DNA of 64,000 bases from Myxococcota bacterium (GCA_942491145.1 CALOBC010000015.1:52707-116706), one strand, 5' to 3'. Shown: positions 35,102-46,002, counted from the first letter of the stretch. The notes: generated by a model from the letters alone, not told the origin. Program-made: numbers and translations.

Positions 35102-36769
35102 TCAGCGGGCGACCGGGTGGCATCCGTGGCCATGCTGCGGGCCGCCCTCACCATGCAGCGCCTCCCAAGAGGGGCGTGGCATCGCGGTGCGGGCCCCTGC
35201 GGGTGCGCCGATGTCCCCGGTCTCTCGGGCCAAGCTCTCCACGACATGCGCGGCCGCCCGGCCCATCTCGTCCAGCAACACGGGATCAAGGTTGTCGATG
35301 TTGTCGCATCCTTGGTGGTAGCACGCGTCCATCGCTTCGCGGGCATCCCCGCCAAAGCGCTCGGCGAGGTCGGTACCCTTGCGGCTCTCGGCCCCCGAGA
35401 ACAGCCCGCCAGCGGGTATTCCCGTCCAGATGAACGGCCCGTAGTCCGACCGTCCATCGAAGGCGGTGGGCTCCCAGTCCTGCCCCGCGTCATCGAACCA
35501 GTCCGTAAAGAGGGCTTCGATGCGGTCAGAGCCCGCAGGACCCGCGCCGCCTGTGGCTGAGCCGTCGCCGTCGTAGACGAAGCGTGCGCCATTGGGCGAG
35601 CCAATCATGTCGAAGTTCAAGTTCGCCAGGGTGGCGTCCCGGGCCTCTCGGTCCATGTTGTCGACGTAGTGGGTGGATCCCAACAAGCCCAGCTCTTCTG
35701 CGCCCCACAGGGCCCAGCGGATCTGGTTGGGTGATGTCAGCCCCTCGGCGGCCCACGCTTCGGCGGCGGCCAAGATGAAAGCGGTCCCGGTGCCGTTGTC
35801 GTTGATGCCTGCGCCGGCGCCCACGCTGTCGAGGTGGCCACCCACGACCACCTGCCGGGTGGGGTCCCCCTCGGGGGTGTCGGCCCAGACGTTGCTCACG
35901 CTGATGTCGCCACTGGACGCGTCCACGACCATGGTCACCTCCACCGGCCCGTCGTCCAAGAGGCCAGCGAGGTCTTCGCCCACCGCAAACGTGGTCCCGA
36001 ACACCGGGATCGACGCGGGGCTGCTCTCGTCGAGGGTCCATGCCTCCAAGCCCTGACGGTCAGACTGGCCTTCGTTGAACACGATGACCCCGGATGCACC
36101 GGCCGCTTCCGCCCGGGCGACCTTCTCCGAGAAGGTGCACGAGCCGCGCTGGACCAAGGCGATGGCGCCGGTGGGAAAGCCCGAAAAGTCACTGGTCTGG
36201 CAGCCCGACGTGGAGCTGGACGAAGCGGTCGGCGGCAGGACCAAGTCCACTGCGGCCAAGGGCGCTGCAGCCGTGCCAGAGCCGGACCAGGTCAGCGTGA
36301 TGAAGTCGGTGTTGGCCGTGAAGTCCCGGGCCTCGGGCACGCGCAGAGAAAGCTCTGGGGGGACATTCTCGGAGAACCCACGGACAGTGAAGGGCTGCTC
36401 TTCCACAGTGTAGCCGGCGGCTTCGAGCACCTCCACGACGTAGGCCACGCTCGCCCGGTAGCCGGGGCCGAAGGCTTCACGGGTGCCGGAGTGGGCGTCC
36501 GCGATGCGCTGGAGCTCCACAAGGTGCACCATCATAGTGTCTTGGTCCACAAGCGATGCCAGACTGGCCGTGTCCCCACCGTCCCCGCCATCGCCACCGT
36601 CCCCGCCATCGCTGCCGGCTGCTCCGTCACTGCCATCTGCGCCGTCGCTGCCGTCGACTGGGGATGCGGAGTCGCCGTCGTTTGTGGTCTTGTCCCCGCC
36701 GCCGCCCACCAGTGAGGGGGCGCACCCACCCAGGAACAACATCAGCGAGAACAAGCGATGGGTCGACAT
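35102..36769 (-). CDS. M28-family aminopeptidase lipoprotein with PA domain
   Basis: ATG at 36769 and lipobox FLGGC. The zinc-site context HLDSVGAGAGINDNGTG is present, with a PA-domain-like insert. Confidence 0.75.
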   Translation of the reverse strand: MSTHRLFSLMLFLGGCAPSLVGGGGDKTTNDGDSASPVDGSDGADGSDGAAGSDGGDGGDGGDGGDTASLASLVDQDTMMVHLVELQRIADAHSGTREAFGPGYRASVAYVVEVLEAAGYTVEEQPFTVRGFSENVPPELSLRVPEARDFTANTDFITLTWSGSGTAAAPLAAVDLVLPPTASSSSTSGCQTSDFSGFPTGAIALVQRGSCTFSEKVARAEAAGASGVIVFNEGQSDRQGLEAWTLDESSPASIPVFGTTFAVGEDLAGLLDDGPVEVTMVVDASSGDISVSNVWADTPEGDPTRQVVVGGHLDSVGAGAGINDNGTGTAFILAAAEAWAAEGLTSPNQIRWALWGAEELGLLGSTHYVDNMDREARDATLANLNFDMIGSPNGARFVYDGDGSATGGAGPAGSDRIEALFTDWFDDAGQDWEPTAFDGRSDYGPFIWTGIPAGGLFSGAESRKGTDLAERFGGDAREAMDACYHQGCDNIDNLDPVLLDEMGRAAAHVVESLARETGDIGAPAGARTAMPRPSWEALHGEGGPQHGHGCHPVAR

Positions 36770-36937
36770 GCAACACCCCGGTCTGCCGGGCCAACCGGGG
36801 CCGATCGGGGGCCCCGTGGATGCACCCGCGTGGACCCTCCCATGCCCCCACTCGCCCCAACCGATCACATCGGCGGCCGCCCCACATCCTCTTGACGACG
36901 TGGTGGCGTAGGCGCACCGAACCCGCTAGCCGGGGGC

Positions 36938-37825
36938 ATGTGCCGACTCTACGGATTTCGCTCCGCCATCGACAGCGCTGTGCACCGCTCCCTGGTCGAG
37001 GCCGAGAACGCCATGTCTCGCCAGAGCCAGAACCATCGGGATGGCTGGGGAATTGCCTTCTACGTGGGCCGCTTTCCCCAAGTCATCCGCAACGACGCCC
37101 AAGCCCTCGGCGACACGCTGTTTCGTGAAGTCAGCGCCGTGGTCAGCACGCGCACCTTCCTGGCCCACATCCGCCAAGCGACCGCCGGCAGTGTGCGGGT
37201 GCTCAATTGCCATCCCTTCCAGCACGGTGCGTGGAGCTTCGCCCACAACGGCCAAGTGTGTGGCTTCGGCGACCCAGAAGTGCGCGCCAAGCTGGACCGC
37301 CTCATCGACCCCCGGTTCCGCCGGTATGTGCTCGGTGACACCGACAGCGAGCGGATCTTCTACATCTTGCTGTCTCGGCTGGCGCGCACGGTGGGCGACA
37401 TCCAGCACCCCAGCATCGGCTCTCGCCACCTCGTCGAGGCCCTGCGGGAGACGGTGGAAGAAGTGCGCGCTATCGCCGCCCCGGACGACACCGAGGGCGA
37501 GCGCCCCACGCGGCTGAACATGCTCATCACCAACGGTGCTGCGCTGGTGGGCTTCCGGTTCGGCGTCGACCTGTTCTACAGCACCCACAAGAGCCACTGC
37601 CCCGAGCGTGCGCTGTGTTGGGCCTACGACACACAGCGCTGCGAGCGCCCCGTCACCGACGGCATCGTGCAGCACCTGCTCGTGTCGAGCGAGGTGATGA
37701 GCGAAGGCACCAACGTCTGGCAAGAGGTGCCGGACGGCGGCTACGTGTGTGTCGACCACGGCATGGCCTTCCACTCGGGCCGGCTGTTCGAGGTCGAAGC
37801 GCCGTCGGTGGCCCCCTGCGCGTGA
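36938..37825 (+). CDS. Class II (Ntn) glutamine amidotransferase, YafJ/EgtC-like
   Basis: The N-terminal MCRLYG supplies the Cys nucleophile after Met removal. NHRDGWGIAFY and HIRQATAG..NCHPF blocks are present. Confidence 0.65.
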   Translation: MCRLYGFRSAIDSAVHRSLVEAENAMSRQSQNHRDGWGIAFYVGRFPQVIRNDAQALGDTLFREVSAVVSTRTFLAHIRQATAGSVRVLNCHPFQHGAWSFAHNGQVCGFGDPEVRAKLDRLIDPRFRRYVLGDTDSERIFYILLSRLARTVGDIQHPSIGSRHLVEALRETVEEVRAIAAPDDTEGERPTRLNMLITNGAALVGFRFGVDLFYSTHKSHCPERALCWAYDTQRCERPVTDGIVQHLLVSSEVMSEGTNVWQEVPDGGYVCVDHGMAFHSGRLFEVEAPSVAPCA

Positions 37826-37845
37826 CGCCGAGGGGGCCGTGAAGC

Positions 37846-38247
37846 TCAGGGCTGCGAGACGATCTCGGGACGGCGAATGAGGCGCAGGACTGGTCGACCG
37901 GATGGGTCTTGGGGCCAGCGAATGCCGCGCATCTCGTCGTCGGACAGCTTGCTGCTGGCTTCGAACTCGAGGCCGAGGCCGACGCAGCGGTGCTCCAGGG
38001 ACCAGCCCCGCCAGCGCACGACGGCGCTGAACACCCGCGGCTTGCCACCGATGTCGAGAGAGCCCCACACCACGTCATTGGGGCGGAAGCGCACAGTGCC
38101 GCCGGCTGGCCGGAGGAACAGCCCAGTCTCGGACACATCCCGCACTTCGCCGGGCTGAGCCTCAAGGCGGCGGTGGTCCCAGCGGACTGGGAATTGAACG
38201 GCAGCACGCTGCTGCTCACGGCGGTTGTCGAGGTTCTGGACGATCAT
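37846..38247 (-). CDS. Stand-alone PilZ-domain protein
   Basis: ATG at 38247 gives 133 aa. Canonical c-di-GMP motifs are present: RxxxR (RREQQR) and DxSxxG (DVSETG). Confidence 0.7.
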   Translation of the reverse strand: MIVQNLDNRREQQRAAVQFPVRWDHRRLEAQPGEVRDVSETGLFLRPAGGTVRFRPNDVVWGSLDIGGKPRVFSAVVRWRGWSLEHRCVGLGLEFEASSKLSDDEMRGIRWPQDPSGRPVLRLIRRPEIVSQP

Positions 38248-38480
38248 CGGTGATCTCCCCGTGCCCGGGATCCCATTGCACTGCTGAGCTGGCGGTCCCC
38301 GCGGACCACCTGGACTCAGCGTCCTTGTCGGACCCACAGCTTCAACTTTGACCGGAATCGAAGTCTGAAGTGTGGTTCCCCAGCGTGCAAGAAACCGTTG
38401 AGGGCTGTCGCGCCGCACCGCCCTGACGAAAGGATACTCCCTCGAATGCTGGATCGCACAAGATCCTTCCGGGAGGACAA

Positions 38481-39497
38481 TTGGAGACCTGGGCACTATC
38501 GAGCGGCTTTGGTGTGGAGAACTTGGGGCGCACGGCCCACGACCCCGGGGCGCCGGGACCGGGTCAAGTGCGCCTGCGGATGCGGGCGGCTTCCCTGAAC
38601 TACCGCGATCTGTTGATGATCCGGGGCCACTACGACCCGAGGGTGCCGCTGCCGCTGACTCCGTGTTCCGATGGGGTGGGGGTTGTGGAGGCGGTGGGGC
38701 CAGGCGTCGTGGACTTCGCTGTCGGGGACCGGTGCGCGCCCACGTTTGTCCAGGGCTGGACCGCTGGGCCCTTCCGCCCGGGCATGGGCCGCGACACCTT
38801 GGGGTGCATCGTGCCCGGGACCTTGCGCCGCGCGATGGTGGTCCCGGCGTCGGCACTCACGACCGTGCCGGACCACCTCAGCGACGCCGAGGCCGCGTGC
38901 TTGCCGTGCGCGGGCGTGACGGCGTGGCAGGCGCTGGTGCGGCTGGGTCAGATCAAGGCGGGCGACCGGGTGCTCACCCTCGGCACCGGCGGCGTGAGCC
39001 TGTTTGCGCTCCAGATCGCCCGGATGCAGGGGGCCCGTGTGGCGATCACATCGTCCAGCGACGAGAAGCTTGCGCAGGCCAAGGCCATGGGGGCCGAGCT
39101 GACGGTGAACTACACCCAGGATCCGCGGTGGGGGCGCACCGTGGCGAAGTGGGCCGGGGATGGGGTCGACCATGTCGTGGAGCTCGGCGGTGCCGGCACC
39201 TTGGACCAGTCGCTCCGCGCGGTGCGCACCGGCGGCACCATCTCGATGATTGGGGTGCTGGCCGGTGTGAAGACCGAGCTCGCGGTGACGCGCATCCTGA
39301 TGCGTGGACTCCGCCTTCAGGGCGTGTTCGTGGGCTCTTTGGCCGATCAGCAGGACCTGTGCGCGGCGCTGTCGGCCCACCCCGACATGAGGCCACGGGT
39401 GGACCGGGTGTTCCCCTTCGGCGAGGTGCCGGCCGCGCTGGCCCACCTCGACAGCGGCGCCCACTTCGGCAAGGTGGTCATCGACCTCCAAGCCTGA
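38481..39497 (+). CDS. Zinc-type alcohol dehydrogenase / NADPH:quinone oxidoreductase (MDR) family
   Basis: TTG start follows GGGAGGACAA. LNYRDLL, PCSDGVGVV and the Rossmann motif LGTGGVSLFALQ are present. Confidence 0.75.
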   Translation: METWALSSGFGVENLGRTAHDPGAPGPGQVRLRMRAASLNYRDLLMIRGHYDPRVPLPLTPCSDGVGVVEAVGPGVVDFAVGDRCAPTFVQGWTAGPFRPGMGRDTLGCIVPGTLRRAMVVPASALTTVPDHLSDAEAACLPCAGVTAWQALVRLGQIKAGDRVLTLGTGGVSLFALQIARMQGARVAITSSSDEKLAQAKAMGAELTVNYTQDPRWGRTVAKWAGDGVDHVVELGGAGTLDQSLRAVRTGGTISMIGVLAGVKTELAVTRILMRGLRLQGVFVGSLADQQDLCAALSAHPDMRPRVDRVFPFGEVPAALAHLDSGAHFGKVVIDLQA

Positions 39498-39506
39498 GCG
39501 CGGGGC

Positions 39507-42212
39507 TCACTCCTTGCCGTCCTGATCCTCGTCCTCGTCCTCCTCCTCTGCGTCCTGAGCCGCCAGCTTGAGCCGCAGCTCGTGCTGGTATTCTTCGTAG
39601 CGCTCGAACACGACGGGGTTCTCCGGTTCCCGGACCAGTGCCTCTTTGAGCACCAGCAGGGCCTTGAGGTAGTCGTCCCGGCGGGTGTAGGCCTCCGCGA
39701 GGTCCAACATGCCCGGCACGTCCTTGACCATGTGCAGCGGCACCATGTTGCGGGCGTGGCTGCCCTCCAGCAGCTTGTAGAAGTTCAGCTCGGCGGTGTC
39801 TTCGTGGAGGTGGCGGGGGGCCGAGTACTCGATGCGCATGTTGTCATCGGTGTTCAGCGGGGCGTCCCCAGCGAACTCCAAGATCTTGTCTTGGTCGACC
39901 AGATACCGCGTCAGCACGTCTTCAGGACACTCCACGTCGATCATCTTGAAGTCGTCGCGGACCGCCTGGTCCCGGTTCATCATCGCACCGATGCGGTCGG
40001 CGGTGAGGTCCAGGGGGGAGTCGCTGCCAATGAGCACCAGGTCGGCATCTTCGATGGTGCTGAACAGATGCACATACTTGTAGGACGACGTGAACGTGTG
40101 CAGCAGCGAGCGCAGGTCTTCGTGGTCCATGCCGTACATCTGGACCCACTGGGCCCACACGCCGCCTTCGGCGAGCTTGGACTTGCCCAACGCAAAGAAC
40201 TCGGCGGTGAACAGGTTGCTCACGCCGGTGAGCCAAGGGTTGCTCGGCTCCGAGATGATCAGCTCGTAGTGGCCGTCTTCTTGGAGGAACAGGTGGTTGC
40301 GCCCGTCGTTGGCGATGAGGGTGACCCGGGGGTCTTCGAGGGGGCGGTGGTTGTGCTCGTCGAAGAAGTGGCTGGCTTCGACGATGACCGGTTCCAGCTC
40401 GATGATCTCGAAGGTGCCCGCGTCGCTGTGGAGCACTGCCGAGCCGGCGGTGATGCCGCTGGCCAGACCGATGACCAGGACGTCTTCGGGTTCTGGGGCG
40501 AACACGAAGGGCAGGTGAGCGACCATGACTTGTGTGGGCATGTCGATCTGGGTCGACGCATCCACCTTGCCGTTGTTCGCCAGCCAGATGTTGCCGGACT
40601 CCTTGGACCGCGCGACCGTCACCACACTGGACAAGCCCTCGGCGTAGTAGACGAGCTCATAGGGATCCAGGGCGAATTCGTTGACCCCTTCTCGGGTGAG
40701 CTCGCTGGCGTCGAGGTGGCTGGCGTACTTGTACATGCCGGCCGTCATCAGCAGCGGGTTCCACGGCGGCCGGGCCCACTGGACCAGTCCGATGGCCCAG
40801 ACCGCGAGCACAAACCAACCGACTTGGTGGCCCGTGCTGGGCCGCTTGGCGGCCGCTTGGCTGCCCGCCCACATGGCCGCAGCCGCACCGAGCAGGTTGA
40901 AGCTGACGGCGAGCAGGGTGCTTCCGGTCACATAGAGCGTCGGCAGCAGCAGCAAGCCGCCCAGCGAGGCGCCGAGAATGGAGCCCACCGTGTTCCAGCC
41001 ATAGATGCGGCCCACCGGGCGGCCGAGGGAGCCGCCGACCGTGGCGGCCCGCACAAGCACCGGGAAGGACGCCCCCATGAACAGTGCCGGCGGCACCATG
41101 ATCATCATGGACAGGCTCAGCTTGCCGATCCACAGCCAGTGGCTGGGGTAGCTGCGCACCACCGAGTACATCTCGATGAAGATGTAGGGCAGCTCATTGT
41201 ATTGCCACATGGCAAGATAAGCGAAAGAACCGACACAGACTTGCAAGATGGCGTAGGCGGTCATCGTGCCGCGCACCCCGCCGCGCTTCCATGCGAAGTC
41301 CGCGATGTGGCCACCCACCCAGCCGCCCGAGCCGATGCCGAGCAAGAAGGACAGCAACATGATGCTGAACGCATAGGCGGAACCACCCAACGTGAGCACC
41401 ATCACGCGGAACCAGGACACCTCGTAGATGAGCGCCGTCATGCCCGCGACCGCCGCCAAGGGGCCGAGTGCCTTGAGCCAGAGACCGTCCGGCGTGGCAG
41501 TGGGGTTTGCGGTCTGGGTGGACAGCTCGGCTTGGGGTTCGAGCGCCCCGGTCCACCGGTCCAGCGCCAGCGCCATCAGACACAGCGCCACGTTGCTGGC
41601 CGCCGTGATCCAGGTGGTCGCGTTCAGGCCGTAGCCGGGCAGCAACACAAAGCCCGCGAGACCCACCCCACACACCGCGCCGATCGTGTTGGCGCCGTAC
41701 AGCCGGCCCACTTGGCGCCCGGCATCTTTGCCCTGGGTCGCCACTTGGGCGAACCGAGCCAGCACCGGAAGCGTCGCCCCCATACAGATCGTGGGCGGCA
41801 GCAAGAACACGCCCAGCAAGCCAAACTGGATCACCGCAAACACCGTCGGCGACGGCTGGAAGACTTGCCAGATGCCGGTGTAGACCGGGACCAGCGCCGA
41901 CAGCAGCCACGGGAAGATCACCGCGTAGATGCCGATTGCGCCCTCCAGCAGCGCATAGACCATCAATGGGCGCTTGACGGTGTCTGCCTTCCGGGAGGAC
42001 AGGAATCCCCCCGCAGCCAGACCGGTCATGAATGCCGTAAGAACCGTGATCACCGCGATCTGGGACGTGCCGACGACGAGGTGGAGCTGCCGTTCCCACA
42101 AGGTCTCATAGACCAGCGAAGTGGCCCCGCTGAACACGAAGAGGGGGACGAGCAGCAGCACGGCAAGCATGCGCCGACGGTCGTTCTGGAGTTGTTGTAG
42201 AGCGGGATCCAT
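39507..42212 (-). CDS. Fused polytopic membrane / spermidine-synthase-like protein with TPR-like acidic tail
   Basis: A 901-aa ORF. The N-terminal two-thirds is multi-TM. It then has VLVIGLASGITAGS (SAM-fold) and ...ISEPSNPW.... The C-terminus is AEEEDEDEDQDGKE. Confidence 0.6.
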   Translation of the reverse strand: MDPALQQLQNDRRRMLAVLLLVPLFVFSGATSLVYETLWERQLHLVVGTSQIAVITVLTAFMTGLAAGGFLSSRKADTVKRPLMVYALLEGAIGIYAVIFPWLLSALVPVYTGIWQVFQPSPTVFAVIQFGLLGVFLLPPTICMGATLPVLARFAQVATQGKDAGRQVGRLYGANTIGAVCGVGLAGFVLLPGYGLNATTWITAASNVALCLMALALDRWTGALEPQAELSTQTANPTATPDGLWLKALGPLAAVAGMTALIYEVSWFRVMVLTLGGSAYAFSIMLLSFLLGIGSGGWVGGHIADFAWKRGGVRGTMTAYAILQVCVGSFAYLAMWQYNELPYIFIEMYSVVRSYPSHWLWIGKLSLSMMIMVPPALFMGASFPVLVRAATVGGSLGRPVGRIYGWNTVGSILGASLGGLLLLPTLYVTGSTLLAVSFNLLGAAAAMWAGSQAAAKRPSTGHQVGWFVLAVWAIGLVQWARPPWNPLLMTAGMYKYASHLDASELTREGVNEFALDPYELVYYAEGLSSVVTVARSKESGNIWLANNGKVDASTQIDMPTQVMVAHLPFVFAPEPEDVLVIGLASGITAGSAVLHSDAGTFEIIELEPVIVEASHFFDEHNHRPLEDPRVTLIANDGRNHLFLQEDGHYELIISEPSNPWLTGVSNLFTAEFFALGKSKLAEGGVWAQWVQMYGMDHEDLRSLLHTFTSSYKYVHLFSTIEDADLVLIGSDSPLDLTADRIGAMMNRDQAVRDDFKMIDVECPEDVLTRYLVDQDKILEFAGDAPLNTDDNMRIEYSAPRHLHEDTAELNFYKLLEGSHARNMVPLHMVKDVPGMLDLAEAYTRRDDYLKALLVLKEALVREPENPVVFERYEEYQHELRLKLAAQDAEEEDEDEDQDGKE

Positions 42213-42627
42213 GGCCTTCGCATGGTGGAGAGGGTCGCCGGAGGGCTCGCGGCGTGGACGGTCGCCGGCACCGCGTGGGCGGGGTCACCGTGGGCACCGT
42301 GGGGGTCGGCCGGGTATCCCGCGGCGCAGCGCTTTGGAACGCTGGATGCACGCGGAGACGCAGGACCTCATCCGGCCGGCCGGTGGGGCCCCCGATAGTG
42401 GGCGCGGGTTGCGGGCGGGGGAGCCCACGCGGGATTGCAACGCAACAGTGCGCCAGACTCCGAGCGCCCATCAATGCTTGTCCCCAGATGGGGCTGGCAC
42501 TGGTCACCGGTGCCCTCGGTGGACAGGTTGCCGACGGTGCCCGGCGGTGGTCCGGCTATGCACCCATGGCGAGTGTGGATAGTCGGCCGCTGCTTGTGCC
42601 TGCCCTGCCCCCCGAGAGCCCCCCCTC

Positions 42628-43047
42628 ATGCAGATCATTGTCCTCGCCACCCTCAGCATTCTCTGGAAGCTGGCTGTGCTTCCGGTGCTGGTGGGCTTCG
42701 CTGCGCGGCTCTTGCGCCGGCGACTGCTGAGGACGGCCCGCACCCGCTTCCCGGTGTACTGGCGCGCGGACGCCTACGCGGCAGTGATGGGGCCAGAGCG
42801 CGGACGGCTGTGGCATCTTCGGGGCATGGGTGTGCTGGTGATGGACGCCCAGTATCTGTGGTTTCAGCAAGTGTGGCCGCGCCAGGAAGACCTGATTCCA
42901 CTCGCGGATGTGCGAGACTACTTTGCCCTCGGAATGGGCAAAAACAGCGTGCTGCGGGTGGAGACGGCCGATCAGACCGTGCACATGTGGCGGGTGCCCG
43001 ATGCCGAGAGCTGGGCCGAAGAGCTGCGGGCGCGCTGTCCGGTCTGA
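42628..43047 (+). CDS. Hypothetical membrane-anchored protein
   Basis: A 139-aa ORF with an N-terminal TM segment (IIVLATLSILWKLAVLPVLVGF). GC3 is consistent with coding. No family recognised. Confidence 0.35.
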   Translation: MQIIVLATLSILWKLAVLPVLVGFAARLLRRRLLRTARTRFPVYWRADAYAAVMGPERGRLWHLRGMGVLVMDAQYLWFQQVWPRQEDLIPLADVRDYFALGMGKNSVLRVETADQTVHMWRVPDAESWAEELRARCPV

Positions 43048-43101
43048 ACACTGCGCTCGCCGACTGGGGGCGGTCCAGCACCGTGGGCCGCGTGCCCCGG
43101 T

Positions 43102-43875
43102 TCAGCTCGCCGTTCCCCCGGAGCGGTCGCTTGCAATGGCCACAGCCGCGACAAAGGCGTCCGCCGGCTCGGCCAGTTTCAGTCCCGGGCCCACGTCCAG
43201 CCCGATGCGGTGCATGTAGGCAAAGGCCAACCCCCGGGCACCCGGTGGTCCGCGGCGAATTCGAGACAGGCGTCGCAGGGGTGTGGCCAGCTTGCGCTCG
43301 TCGAGAAAGGGCAGGTGGGGCCAGAACCAGAAGCCCAGTGCCCGTGCGTCGGCGCGCAGGGCATCGGAGGCCCACGTCGTCAGCTTGCGCATCCAGTCGA
43401 CGTGCAGCGCGGTCATCACCCGGTCGGCGCTCGCCAGAAGCTCGATGCTGAGCGGGTGCAGCTCACCGGGAAAGACGTAGGGCAGGTCCTGTTCGGACAG
43501 CGCGGCTCGGGCCTTTCGCTCCCGGCCTTCGTCGGCCTGAATCCACAGCCGCAGCGCGGGCACACTCAGGGTGGGGTGGTCCTGGAGCGCTTCAGCGAGG
43601 GGACGGGCCTCATCGACAGGCACCGACTCGCCGCCGTCATGCCGTGAGATGGCCGCCCACAGCGCGTCTTCGGTGCTGAGGCCGCCGGAGTCGGGCGCGG
43701 CATCCAGGCCAGCGAGCGCCCGGGACACGGCGTCGGTCAGCACGGGGTCCATGGCCGCCGCCATGACGGGCACCCGCCGCGCACGCCGAAGCACGCCCGG
43801 GCAGAGCCAGTCCGCTTCGGGCGAGGCAGCCCATTGCGCCAGGATGCCGTCAATCAGGCCTTCTTCGATGGACAT
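43102..43875 (-). CDS. Hypothetical protein
   Basis: ATG at 43875 (MSIEEGLIDGIL...). The composition is codon-like. No family recognised. Confidence 0.35.
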   Translation of the reverse strand: MSIEEGLIDGILAQWAASPEADWLCPGVLRRARRVPVMAAAMDPVLTDAVSRALAGLDAAPDSGGLSTEDALWAAISRHDGGESVPVDEARPLAEALQDHPTLSVPALRLWIQADEGRERKARAALSEQDLPYVFPGELHPLSIELLASADRVMTALHVDWMRKLTTWASDALRADARALGFWFWPHLPFLDERKLATPLRRLSRIRRGPPGARGLAFAYMHRIGLDVGPGLKLAEPADAFVAAVAIASDRSGGTAS

Positions 43876-43985
43876 GGCAGCTCCTGTGGTGGCCGGAGTC
43901 GGCCTTATCGCACTCGGCCGCACTGCACCGAGCTGCGCAACAGTGCTTTGCGGAGCGTGGCGGCGCCGTTGCGATAGGTCTGACG

Positions 43986-45050
43986 ATGAAACATGCGGGA
44001 GTCCCCATGCCCAGAGAGACTGATCAGAGCGCCGTTGTCGCGGTTCGTGCCCTCGGTGCGCCGCCGTGGCCCACCCTCGACCCATTCCTGTTTTGCGTGC
44101 ACCACAAAGACAACTATCCCGAGGGTGACGCTCGGATGGCGCCCAGCGCGGCGGCCCTCGCCGGTCGCAACATCGGCAGCGACTTCAGCGGCAAAGACGG
44201 CTGGTCCATGTACCACGGTGACGTTGTGCCGGGCTTTCCCCGCCATCCCCACCGGGGCTTCGAGACCATCACTGTGCTGCGGTCCGGGCTGTGTGACCAC
44301 TCCGACTCGCTCGGCGCCACCGCGCGCTTTGGCCCCGGCGATGCCCAGTGGATGACGGCGGGCTCGGGCATCGTTCACAGCGAGATGTTCCCGCTGGTGA
44401 ACCCAGACCAACCCAACCCGCTGGAGCTGTTCCAGCTGTGGATCAACCTACCGTCGCGCTCGAAGATGGTGCCGCCCTACTTCACGATGTTCTGGGACGC
44501 CCAGGTCCCCACCGTTCGCGAGACCGACCGCGAAGGCCGGACCTCGACAACCCGGGTGGTCGCGGGTGCCTATGGGGACCACGTGCCGCCGCCGCCGCCG
44601 CCGGACTCCTGGGCCGCCGACCCCGCGAACCATGTGGCGGTGTGGACCCTCGATCTGGAGCCGGGCGCCCACCACACGCTCCCCCCCGGGCCGGCCGATG
44701 CCAACCGGGTGCTCTATGTGTTTCAGGGCACCGAACCCCGGGTCGGCGGCCAGCACGTGGTCACGCCGTCCGCGGTCCAGATTCGTCCTGGCCACGCGGT
44801 GCACATCGTCGCTGGCGAGGGCATGGTCACGCGCATCTTGGTGCTGCAGGGCCGGCCCATCAACGAGCCCGTCGCGTCCCAAGGACCGTTCGTGATGAAC
44901 ACCCGCGAAGAGCTGGCCCAGGCCTTCACCGACTATCGGCGCACCGGGTTTGGGGGATGGCCGTGGTCTCGATCGGACCCCGCCCATGCCGCGGATGCCG
45001 GACGCTTTGCGATCCACCCCGATGGGCGCCGAGAACTGCCAAAGAGCTGA
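43986..45050 (+). CDS. Pirin-family protein
   Basis: HPHRGFETITV, GDAQWMTAGSGIVHSE and a bicupin-length ORF. An alternative ATG lies at 44007. Confidence 0.75.
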   Translation: MKHAGVPMPRETDQSAVVAVRALGAPPWPTLDPFLFCVHHKDNYPEGDARMAPSAAALAGRNIGSDFSGKDGWSMYHGDVVPGFPRHPHRGFETITVLRSGLCDHSDSLGATARFGPGDAQWMTAGSGIVHSEMFPLVNPDQPNPLELFQLWINLPSRSKMVPPYFTMFWDAQVPTVRETDREGRTSTTRVVAGAYGDHVPPPPPPDSWAADPANHVAVWTLDLEPGAHHTLPPGPADANRVLYVFQGTEPRVGGQHVVTPSAVQIRPGHAVHIVAGEGMVTRILVLQGRPINEPVASQGPFVMNTREELAQAFTDYRRTGFGGWPWSRSDPAHAADAGRFAIHPDGRRELPKS

Positions 45051-45054
45051 AAGA

Positions 45055-46002
45055 TCAGTCCTTTAGCGTCTGATTCAGGTACTCGCGCAGGGCGGTGAGG
45101 TGGGGCCCGAGGTCGGTCGGGTGGGCGCTGCCGGCGCAGGTGGAGCACGTCGCGTCGCAGTCCCACTTGAACACACCATGGCAGCTGTCTTCGCCTTGGA
45201 TGAAGGCGTCCACAGTGCCGCCGAGGCCCTCGATGGTGGGCACCATGTCGGCCGCCATCACGCCGCACGTGGACTGGTCCGGCCGCTGGGGATCGGGGTC
45301 GTGCTCGCCGCACCACATCCAGAACCGGGCGCCCTCAAGCGACCGGCCGTTGTAGTCGGAGGTTGGCAGGGTGCCCGAGTCGACCACAAACGCCGTGAAC
45401 CGCTGGGGGCCCGCTCGGTCCTGCCCGGCGAGCTGGACCGTGCGCGCGGCGCCCCGGGAGAGGCCGTAGACGGCGGCCTTGGCGTTGGCCACCGGGCAGG
45501 CCGACCGCAGGGCCTGCATCGCCTCGGTCAGGTCGTCGTGCACCGCGTCTCCCCGGGCGTAGCTGCCGTCGGCATTCTGGTACTGCAGGCTCAACAGGGC
45601 GTGGTCCGACTCAATCAAGCGGCGGAAGTCCCCGAAGGTGCCCTCCGCACACCCGGCGCTGCCATGGACCAACACCAACAGGCTCTGGGCGTCCCGAGTC
45701 TCCCAGTCTTCGGGCAGCCACGCGAGGGCCGTGCGCCCGCTGGACAGGGTGATGACCCGGGCGCCGTCGCTGATGACTTGTTCGACGTCTCGTGCATTGG
45801 CGGACTCGCAGCGGGTGGCGCCACCGTCGTGGGGGACCTCGGCCATCCACTGCTGACACTCGGCGAAGGTGGGCGCAGGCACGGTGGCGCTGTCGCCGCC
45901 GGAGGTGCCGGGCGTGCCAGTCTTGGGGGCAGATTCGTCACTGCAGCCGCCCCAAGTCAAGGCAACACACAGCAAACTCAACGAGTGTAGGTTTGGCTTC
46001 AT
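45055..46002 (-). CDS. Lipoprotein, alpha/beta-hydrolase (esterase-like)
   Basis: ATG at 46002, lipobox LTWGGC, and the nucleophile elbow GLSRG in VYGLSRGAA. Confidence 0.45.
   Translation of the reverse strand: MKPNLHSLSLLCVALTWGGCSDESAPKTGTPGTSGGDSATVPAPTFAECQQWMAEVPHDGGATRCESANARDVEQVISDGARVITLSSGRTALAWLPEDWETRDAQSLLVLVHGSAGCAEGTFGDFRRLIESDHALLSLQYQNADGSYARGDAVHDDLTEAMQALRSACPVANAKAAVYGLSRGAARTVQLAGQDRAGPQRFTAFVVDSGTLPTSDYNGRSLEGARFWMWCGEHDPDPQRPDQSTCGVMAADMVPTIEGLGGTVDAFIQGEDSCHGVFKWDCDATCSTCAGSAHPTDLGPHLTALREYLNQTLKD

Noticed and set aside
42335-42350. A sigma-54-like element, TGGAACGCTGGATGCA, lies on the plus strand in the 416-bp divergent intergenic region.
   Set aside because: The register and the GG/GC are correct, with two mismatches. 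However, it sits about 280 nt from the only downstream start (42628, a low-confidence hypothetical gene). Such matches are expected by chance in 128 kb of GC-rich sequence. I left it unannotated pending transcription start mapping.
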